Source: a virus
Reading direction: 5' to 3' (one strand)
Length of the DNA: 62,696 nt
IMG/VR virus record: IMGVR_UViG_3300045988_140792
Location: 1-62,696 of that record
A program made the translations under genes and the position numbers. This document shows positions 55,590 to 61,975 of this stretch, in pieces (within the stretch, counting starts at the first letter, position 1; each line of letters opens with the position of its first letter). Below the pieces are notes generated by a model. It searched no databases. It had not been told where the DNA came from and saw only the letters and a program-made list of their open reading frames with translations.

Positions 55590-56144
55590 TTATCTCACAA
55601 TCTCAGGATGCTCTTCTAAGTACATATCACGCAAAGGAAGGCTAAGTACAGAACAAGCCTCATCCATTGTTACCTCATGTTCTTTGCCATCAGGCAAAGT
55701 TATGGTAGGATAATTGTAGAGGAAGCTCTTTATCTCTATGAAAGCATCGTTGTTCACATTCATAAGACAAGCCAAATAGCACAAGCCTTCAACATCGTAG
55801 GCAGTTTTTGGCTTGTTCTTGTCAACGTAAGCAAACAACAAAGCCTTGTTCTTTTCCAAAAACTCTTTTCCGTGCATATCATCAAATATCTTCTGGCCGG
55901 TTTCATTCAAGGCTCTAGGCGAATGCTTTCCAGAAAAGACCACCTCGAAGTCCTTAAACTTCGCCATAAGCAAAGTCTTAACTGAGTTCATATCTAACTT
56001 CAAGTCCTCCACATCTTTAGATAAATCATCTAGTTTCTTGTCATGTACATTCACACGCTGGATGAAACGTCCAAACCATACAAGCATTGATAACAAAGTT
56101 ACCAATCCTACCAAAATACTAATTACTATTCCAATATTCTCCAT
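55590..56144 (-). CDS. Hypothetical membrane-anchored protein (lysogeny-module accessory gene)
   Basis: 184 aa with an N-terminal transmembrane helix, in an AT-rich setting. Confidence 0.5.
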   Translation of the reverse strand: MENIGIVISILVGLVTLLSMLVWFGRFIQRVNVHDKKLDDLSKDVEDLKLDMNSVKTLLMAKFKDFEVVFSGKHSPRALNETGQKIFDDMHGKEFLEKNKALLFAYVDKNKPKTAYDVEGLCYLACLMNVNNDAFIEIKSFLYNYPTITLPDGKEHEVTMDEACSVLSLPLRDMYLEEHPEIVR

Positions 56145-56178
56145 ATATCAATCTCCTATTTTTTTGCAAATTTACGAA

Positions 56179-56661
56179 TTATTTTTCTTTTCCACACCAT
56201 CCACACAAAGTTTTTCCCTGGTCGATGGCATTTGATTCATCTGTTCTTGTTATCTTGCCTGTAGTTCTCTTAAGAGCTGGGCAATTTCTGTCCTTGTGGT
56301 ATCGCTTGGAACCAGGGCTATCTGATACATATACGTTGCCTTCTGCTGTTACCTCAGTTTGGAAGGCATCAGCCTCAGCATTATTAGAAGAGGAAGACAA
56401 CCTACCTATTGCAAAGCCAATCATCAAGAAACCTATGCAGAAGGTCACTAGACCAAAGCAAAAGAACTTCTTTGATAGTCTCATCTTTCTGTCTAAGTCC
56501 TTTTGTGAACCTTTGCCATTGGTGAAACTTTCACCTATTGTATTATACACAGGGCCATTATAGGCATACTTTTCAAAATCTTCTCTAGAAAACCCCATAT
56601 GATTACGTATTAAAATGCATTCTAATTGAATTTTATTTATTATGAAATCTAGAGAGTTCAT
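56179..56661 (-). CDS. Hypothetical membrane protein with a C-terminal Cys motif
   Basis: 160 aa with a central transmembrane helix and YHKDRNCPALK...CGWCG at the C-terminus. Alternative start at 56598. Confidence 0.5.
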   Translation of the reverse strand: MNSLDFIINKIQLECILIRNHMGFSREDFEKYAYNGPVYNTIGESFTNGKGSQKDLDRKMRLSKKFFCFGLVTFCIGFLMIGFAIGRLSSSSNNAEADAFQTEVTAEGNVYVSDSPGSKRYHKDRNCPALKRTTGKITRTDESNAIDQGKTLCGWCGKEK

Positions 56662-57115
56662 TGATGTCAGAAAAAGAAAGAAACACTAAATAAGGAAATA
56701 CTTTCATTCTTCGTTTCATCAAGAAATAGTTCTCAGTCATATAGAAAATTCTTTCCTCATCAACGCTAGCATTAGGAACATCTACGATTTGGCTCTTTTT
56801 ATATTTCAAAGCATCAAAGGCAACCATAGAAAGTTCATCGTATGCCTGTTTTGATTCTGACTCAGATTTCGCATAAGAACAAAGCATAAGTGTTGTTATT
56901 TTCTCTCCTTTAGCTAGTTCAAACTGCAAGTAATACTTAAGAATACCAAAATCCTGTATAGGATTCTGTATCTTGAAAGTTATATCACCTGATATTTGTC
57001 CCATATCTTTGGAATACGGAGATTCTAAAGCCTCTAATTTAGAAATTACATCTTTATACTCCATTCCTAAAGTAAAACCTAACACGGAAACATTATCCGA
57101 AAAATCAATGCTCAT
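56633..57115 (-). CDS. Hypothetical protein
   Basis: 160-aa ORF downstream of the repressor gene. Confidence 0.5.
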   Translation of the reverse strand: MSIDFSDNVSVLGFTLGMEYKDVISKLEALESPYSKDMGQISGDITFKIQNPIQDFGILKYYLQFELAKGEKITTLMLCSYAKSESESKQAYDELSMVAFDALKYKKSQIVDVPNASVDEERIFYMTENYFLMKRRMKVFPYLVFLSFSDINELSRFHNK

Positions 57116-57142
57116 AATTCTTTTTATTTAAATAAACCAACT

Positions 57143-57685
57143 TTAACCCACAGCCTTCTTAGCTGAAAGTCCTTGAAGTTCTCTAAGAAGTTTGTTCTCT
57201 GCTCTGAGAGCAATCAACTCTTCATAGACAGAAGAATCACTTGTAGCAACAGCCTCAGTATTAGAGGATGTACCATTAATTAATTCTACTGGCTTCACAT
57301 CCAGAGCCTCCGCCATTCTCTCAACCAGCCCAAGGGTCAAATCCTTTCCTTCCATTATAGCCTCTACCTCTGAGCGAGATATACCAAGCATAGAAGCAAG
57401 TTTTATTTCCCCTATGCCTTTTTCTTTTAAAATCGCTTTTAACTTTAAGATATTCAGCAATGAGGTTTTGGTTTCCTCTACAGGAGAAGAAAACAACTTA
57501 AAGAAATCATAATCAAGAGCATTACATATTTCAACCAACTTATCAGAGTCGATTGAAGATTTGGATAGGACACGATTGACATTTTGATTAGGAATGCCGA
57601 TTCTACGCCCAAATTCCGACTTAGTAATACCTAACTCATTGATTCTTTGCTCAATAGCTAGACCAACATTAATAATTCTGTTCAT
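57143..57685 (-). CDS. Repressor candidate with two XRE-type helix-turn-helix domains
   Basis: Two HTH units: LGITKSEFGRRIGIPNQNVNRVL and GIGEIKLASMLGISRSEVEAIMEG. Divergent from the early operon. Confidence 0.75.
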   Translation of the reverse strand: MNRIINVGLAIEQRINELGITKSEFGRRIGIPNQNVNRVLSKSSIDSDKLVEICNALDYDFFKLFSSPVEETKTSLLNILKLKAILKEKGIGEIKLASMLGISRSEVEAIMEGKDLTLGLVERMAEALDVKPVELINGTSSNTEAVATSDSSVYEELIALRAENKLLRELQGLSAKKAVG

Positions 57686-57688
57686 AAC

Positions 57689-57785
57689 ATCAATCCTTTT
57701 TAATTGTTAATATCAATCAATATAGCTTATTACTTCTTAAATAATCAATCACTTTTGATTATCTTCAAGCTAAAATGATTATCTT
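57689..57785. promoter_or_regulatory. Operator-like repeats in the switch region: 3x ATCAATC(A) and 2x TGATTATCTT
   Basis: ATCAATC at 57689, 57712 and 57744. TGATTATC at 57756 and 57776, the latter two overlapping the -33 and -7 elements of the early promoter. Confidence 0.5.
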
Positions 57786-57787
57786 TG
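57754..57787 (+). promoter_or_regulatory. Early promoter with a canonical Bacteroidota architecture: TTTG - N22 - TATCTTTG
   Basis: -33 TTTG at 57754..57757 and -7 TAnnTTTG at 57780..57787. The first early gene starts at 57840. Confidence 0.6.
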
Positions 57788-57839
57788 CACCGTAAAGTTA
57801 GTAAATAAATAAATAAATACCAAATAAAATTGAAGAAAA

Positions 57840-58244
57840 ATGAAGAAAGATAGCAAAAAATCTCACGATGCATCATTAAGGCTGTTCGTCTGTCCTTTTC
57901 ACACTGCGCTTACAGCAGGATGGGAAGACCATGAAGGAAACCTACATGACGGTCAACCTGTATGGCATGGAATGGCGGTTAGAATGGGTAGAGACGATGA
58001 GGAATACATCAATCTAGGCAGAGTCTGGCATAGCGTGAAAGAAGAACCAGAAGACAAAGACGGCATGATTATCCTGGTAGATTGCAACTTCGAGGAACCT
58101 ATATTATGTGACTTGGATGTTCTAGACGCATTCTGTGACAACGAGGAAACAATGTGGAAAGAGGCAACGGATAATTACCAAGAAGGCTTCTGGGCATACC
58201 TCAAAGATATTGTTCCTACCAAATTAAAGAAAGGAGGCAAATAA
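57840..58244 (+). CDS. Acidic early protein (first gene of the early operon)
   Basis: 134 aa, D/E-rich. Confidence 0.55.
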   Translation: MKKDSKKSHDASLRLFVCPFHTALTAGWEDHEGNLHDGQPVWHGMAVRMGRDDEEYINLGRVWHSVKEEPEDKDGMIILVDCNFEEPILCDLDVLDAFCDNEETMWKEATDNYQEGFWAYLKDIVPTKLKKGGK

Positions 58245-58549
58245 TGAAAAAGAACGAAAATGACAATTTAGTAGCTCACTTCCATTCTCTGTGTGAAGAG
58301 AAGAAGTTGAAGGATGAGATTGCCAAGCAGCAGAAGCGTCTCTGGCTCAGAACTAAGATTCATGAGATTATTGGAATGCCAGAAAAAAGCACCTTCGAGG
58401 AAATCTTTAATTGGATATACCAGGCATCTATCTACGAGTGGGAAGGCATGTTGTATTGCTACAAGTATGCAGCAAAATCAATAACCCATTGGGATAAATA
58501 CAATGAATCCTTGAAATATGCTAAGGAACTTTACTCAGTCCTCAAATAG
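58244..58549 (+). CDS. Hypothetical protein
   Basis: 101-aa ORF whose start overlaps the upstream stop. Confidence 0.5.
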   Translation: MKKNENDNLVAHFHSLCEEKKLKDEIAKQQKRLWLRTKIHEIIGMPEKSTFEEIFNWIYQASIYEWEGMLYCYKYAAKSITHWDKYNESLKYAKELYSVLK

Positions 58550-58568
58550 AAAGAAAAGAAACAAGACA

Positions 58569-59153
58569 ATGCAAAAGATAATGTTCAATGACCAGTACGG
58601 TCTCACCCAGGCTGTTCTGGAAGGTCGAAAGACCCAAACAAGAAGAATCGCATATCAAGAGCCTTTCAAGTATTACTTCAACTGCGGTTTCTGCACGGAA
58701 GGAAAAGACAAGGGCAAGCTCACCATCAACGATGGAAATGAGATTGTGGCGAAGTCACATTATAAATTAGGTGAAGTCTTGGCAGTCGCACAAAGATACG
58801 AGGACATACCAATGGAACCATCCATCAGGACAATACTATGCAAACATCCTGGATGGAATAACAAGATGTTCGTCACGGCAAAAACGATGCCACACCAAAT
58901 CAAGATTATCAACATCCGTGTACAGCACCTACAGGACATCAGCATCGATGACTGTATGGATGAAGGTATCGTCCTTAGCCACATTGAAGGCATTGACGAT
59001 GCTTATTCATACGATGCCACAAATGATAGCTTTAAGAAGAAATGGTGGTACAGAACTCCTATCGAAGCATACAAGATGCTCAGCTGTAAGCTCTACCTCC
59101 ATTGGGGCAACAATCCTCTCGTCTTCGTTTACGATTTCGAACTAGTTAAATAA
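58569..59153 (+). CDS. ASCH-domain-like protein
   Basis: MQKIMFNDQYGLTQAVLEGRKTQTRR fits the ASCH N-terminal pattern. The tracked ORF starts at 58518. Confidence 0.45.
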   Translation: MQKIMFNDQYGLTQAVLEGRKTQTRRIAYQEPFKYYFNCGFCTEGKDKGKLTINDGNEIVAKSHYKLGEVLAVAQRYEDIPMEPSIRTILCKHPGWNNKMFVTAKTMPHQIKIINIRVQHLQDISIDDCMDEGIVLSHIEGIDDAYSYDATNDSFKKKWWYRTPIEAYKMLSCKLYLHWGNNPLVFVYDFELVK

Positions 59154-59168
59154 TAATTCATCATCAAT

Positions 59169-59360
59169 ATGAAAGAAGAAACATTACCACTCAGACCTCA
59201 GATTAGGGAACTGGCGTTAGGTCAAGCCATCGACTTCCCTATCAAGAGAATGCTATCGGTCAAGAGTAGTTGCACTGACCTCGGTGCCATCTACAGCCGA
59301 AAGTTCAAGACCAAGCTCAACCGGGAGCAAGGAGTTATCACAGTTACAAGAATCAAATAA
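59169..59360 (+). CDS. Hypothetical protein
   Basis: 63-aa ORF. Confidence 0.4.
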   Translation: MKEETLPLRPQIRELALGQAIDFPIKRMLSVKSSCTDLGAIYSRKFKTKLNREQGVITVTRIK

Positions 59361-59372
59361 AACAAAATAGTC

Positions 59373-59672
59373 ATGAACCAAACAGTACAAATCCAGTTCG
59401 CTGACAAGATGGTCTCGTTCGACACATTCCTATCAGCCATACGCAATGTAGTCCAGGAAGAAATATCCAAGGCTGTAGGCAAGCGACCATTCATCACCCA
59501 AGCCAAGGCATTCGATACCTTCGGCAGACGCAATGTAGAGCGATGGGTGAAGGAAGGCAAGGTCAAGGTCTTCGGGCGTGGCAAGAACGGCAAGATTACC
59601 CGCTACGAATACCGACTGTCCGAGCTGGAAGCCTGTGCCTGTAAAGTTCAAGACTATCTACATCCCACATAG
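59373..59672 (+). CDS. Excisionase-like / HTH DNA-binding protein candidate
   Basis: ITQAKAFDTFGRRNVERWVKEGKVKVFG...ITRYEYRLSELE resembles the Xis/HTH_17 pattern. Lies directly upstream of the tRNA-like segment. Confidence 0.35.
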   Translation: MNQTVQIQFADKMVSFDTFLSAIRNVVQEEISKAVGKRPFITQAKAFDTFGRRNVERWVKEGKVKVFGRGKNGKITRYEYRLSELEACACKVQDYLHPT

Positions 59673-59983
59673 GTAATTTTACTTTTAGAGAATAGACATA
59701 AGCTAACATTGCAAACAAGAAAAGCTCGCTGTGAAGCGAAACTTATCGTTGAAACATTCAAAAGGTGTCTGGGCAAATATCCCTGCGAGAACAGTTCTTC
59801 ATCATTAAAAATCTGATAAGTACAAATCCTACTCAGGCACCTTTCTTTACACGGTCGGCATTGCAATCTTGCATGTAGCCTAGCCCATCGGGGGCAATGT
59901 TCATAACAAACAATTGATTGTTTAAATGCTTTTTTACTAGGTTCACCATGATTTCTGCGAAAAAGAACTAAGCAGATAGGCAC

Positions 59984-60011
59984 AAGGGTTCGACTCCCTA
60001 ACCGACCACCA
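59984..60011 (+). other. tRNA 3'-end-like segment (T-arm, acceptor 3' strand, discriminator and CCA); candidate attP core
   Basis: AAGGG-TTCGACT-CCCTA-ACCGACC-A-CCA has a canonical T-loop (TTCGAnT) with G53-C61. No matching 5' half lies within 80 nt. Confidence 0.5.
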
Positions 60012-60038
60012 TTACAAACAATATAAAACGATAAAGTT

Positions 60039-60257
60039 ATGAAAACAATTAAGATTATCTTCTGCATTGCCATCTGGCTAGTCCTTGGATGGCTTTGCAT
60101 CACGAAGCTCTCACAGGGCATCCACGATGAGAACCTGATTTCTCAGATGCCTCAGCGTACCTACGATGAGATAGTCGATACGCTCACCTCTCGCAATGGC
60201 TTCCAGCCTACCGAGCATCAGATAGTAACCTACTATTATGAGCGATTCAAGAAGTAA
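60039..60257 (+). CDS. Small membrane protein
   Basis: 72 aa with an N-terminal hydrophobic helix. Confidence 0.45.
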   Translation: MKTIKIIFCIAIWLVLGWLCITKLSQGIHDENLISQMPQRTYDEIVDTLTSRNGFQPTEHQIVTYYYERFKK

Positions 60258-60288
60258 GAAATGTGGTTTTCAAATAATATCAATCATC

Positions 60289-60723
60289 ATGGAGTCAGAA
60301 GAAGCAACGCTCAGAAGGCAAGCTCGCCAACGAGAATACTATCTTAAGCATCGTGAAAAGTTGCTCGCCTATTCTCGCAAATACATCAAGGAGCATCCCG
60401 AAAAGCAGAAGCTATATCGGGAAAATGCAGCCAAGAAACGAGCCAACGGCAAAGGATATTATCAGAGATACTATCTGCTCAACAAAGAGAAATTGCTGGA
60501 AAGTTCCAAGCGATGGCTACAGAATCACCCCGAAAAGGTGAAGGAGTACCAGCGCAGATACTACCAGAAGAAAAGAGAAGCAGCGAAGAAAGAGAAGAAG
60601 ATAATGCTGAATCCTGATATAGATAAGGCAAAGGCTCTCTTCCGTGACCCATCCAAGGCTGCTCATCTACAGTGGATCCTGGAGCACAACAGAAACAAAT
60701 TCAATCAATATGAATCACGCTAG
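60289..60723 (+). CDS. Hypothetical basic protein with internal repeats
   Basis: Repeated pattern YY.KH.EK...Y.R.Y...HPEK. The likely start MESEE is at 60289. Confidence 0.5.
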   Translation: MESEEATLRRQARQREYYLKHREKLLAYSRKYIKEHPEKQKLYRENAAKKRANGKGYYQRYYLLNKEKLLESSKRWLQNHPEKVKEYQRRYYQKKREAAKKEKKIMLNPDIDKAKALFRDPSKAAHLQWILEHNRNKFNQYESR

Positions 60724-61930
60724 TTTATTCAGCGGAATCGGTGGCGCAGAGGTCGCGGCATCCATGATGGGATGGCAGAACCTTTTCCATTGCGAGATAC
60801 AGGAGTTCCCTCGCAAGGTGCTCGACTACTGGTTTCCTAATTCAGAAAGTTATGAAGACATTACCAAAACAGACTTCACAAAGTGGCACGGCAAGGTCGA
60901 TGTTCTCACAGGAGGATTCCCCTGCCAACCTTTCTCCCTCGCTGGCAGAAGAAAGGGAGCGGACGATAACCGCTACCTCTGGCCACAGATGCTTCGAGCG
61001 ATACGGCAGATACACCCCACTTGGGTCGTTGGTGAAAACGTTGCTGGCATCAAGACGATGGTGGAGTCCTGCCAAGTCACTCAGATGGGACGCACAGACT
61101 ATCTTTTCGAAGAGAATCACCTATACCGAGAGGAAAGCCGATTCACCCTCGACAAAATCTGTGCAGACCTCGAAGCCGAAGGATATTCCGTCCAACCGAT
61201 TGTTATTCCAGCTTGTGCCATCGGAGCACCGCACAGAAGAGACCGAGTTTGGATTGTTGCCCACACCCAATGCGATGGACATAGCCCACAAGGACATGGA
61301 AATCAACGAGCGAGGGCGAAGAAATCCAAAGAAGGGCAAGACAGACCACAGCCTAGGTCTAGAAGACATGGCAGTGGCACAACTCCTTCCTACGCCCACG
61401 GCACTCGACAAAGGAGGAGGAAGAATAAACAAGAGCCTTTCACCGAATGCAGCAGAACGCCCAACCTTGGCACTCGCCGCTCGAAAAGGCTTGCTTCCCA
61501 CTCCTTGCAGCATAGAAGCCACGAAGTTCACCAAGACCATCAATCCCAATTCCCAGATGGGGCAAGGTCTAACAGCCTTGGCGGTCAATGGTCTTCTTCC
61601 CACTCCTACGGCAATGGAAGTAAAACACTCCAACCGGGTGAAGGGTCTGAAAGAACAGGGTGCAAAAGGGATGTACAGCCGAAAGAATGGAGCACTTCGC
61701 CCGAATGGACTGACCGACTTTCTCGACTTCAACAATCAGGTAGGTGGCGGAACTTCCCAACTCAATCCCCTGTTTGTAGAGGAAATGATGGGATTCCCTT
61801 TGATGTGGACAGCCTTACCATTTCTTTCCCCAAGTGGCGACAAGAATCCATAAAGGCTTACGGCAATGCCTGGGTGCCACAAGTGGCTTACGAGATATTC
61901 CGTGCCATCGAGGCAGAAGAAAACAAATAA
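60710..61930 (+). CDS. dcm: C5 cytosine DNA methyltransferase (the reading frame of the central third is uncertain)
   Basis: Motif I LFSGIGG, motif IV GGFPCQPFS, motif VI VGENV, motif VIII APHRRDRVWIVA and motif X KAYGNAWVPQV are in this frame. Motif-IX-like and TRD-like sequence is in the +1 frame (see findings). Confidence 0.8.
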   Translation: MNHASLFSGIGGAEVAASMMGWQNLFHCEIQEFPRKVLDYWFPNSESYEDITKTDFTKWHGKVDVLTGGFPCQPFSLAGRRKGADDNRYLWPQMLRAIRQIHPTWVVGENVAGIKTMVESCQVTQMGRTDYLFEENHLYREESRFTLDKICADLEAEGYSVQPIVIPACAIGAPHRRDRVWIVAHTQCDGHSPQGHGNQRARAKKSKEGQDRPQPRSRRHGSGTTPSYAHGTRQRRRKNKQEPFTECSRTPNLGTRRSKRLASHSLQHRSHEVHQDHQSQFPDGARSNSLGGQWSSSHSYGNGSKTLQPGEGSERTGCKRDVQPKEWSTSPEWTDRLSRLQQSGRWRNFPTQSPVCRGNDGIPFDVDSLTISFPKWRQESIKAYGNAWVPQVAYEIFRAIEAEENK

Positions 61931-61975
61931 ATGATAGAAATCGTAAATTCTACATTCCAAATAAAAGAAGAATAA

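Noticed and set aside
59853-60011. A complete tRNA or tmRNA gene. GGTCGGC at 59853 could pair with the ACCGACC acceptor 3' strand.
   Set aside because: The two strands are ~150 nt apart, which is too long for a tRNA and too short for a tmRNA. No D-arm or anticodon arm can be folded, position 3:70 is U:A rather than the G:U expected for tmRNA, and the sequence 75 nt upstream (GGTTCAC) pairs poorly. It is treated as a tRNA 3' fragment only.
59654-60121. A 155-aa minus-strand ORF covering the non-coding gap and the tRNA-like segment.
   Set aside because: It runs against the local gene direction and overlaps the start of 60039..60257. It has an implausible composition (Cys/Arg-rich) and spans a region better explained as attP or regulatory DNA.
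60852-61250. The upstream part of the +1 frame of the dcm locus as an independent gene start (MKTLPKQTS...).
   Set aside because: This portion overlaps the well-formed N-terminal MTase motifs of the main frame and has no recognisable features. Only the part downstream of ~61250 looks like genuine coding sequence (see the dual-frame finding).
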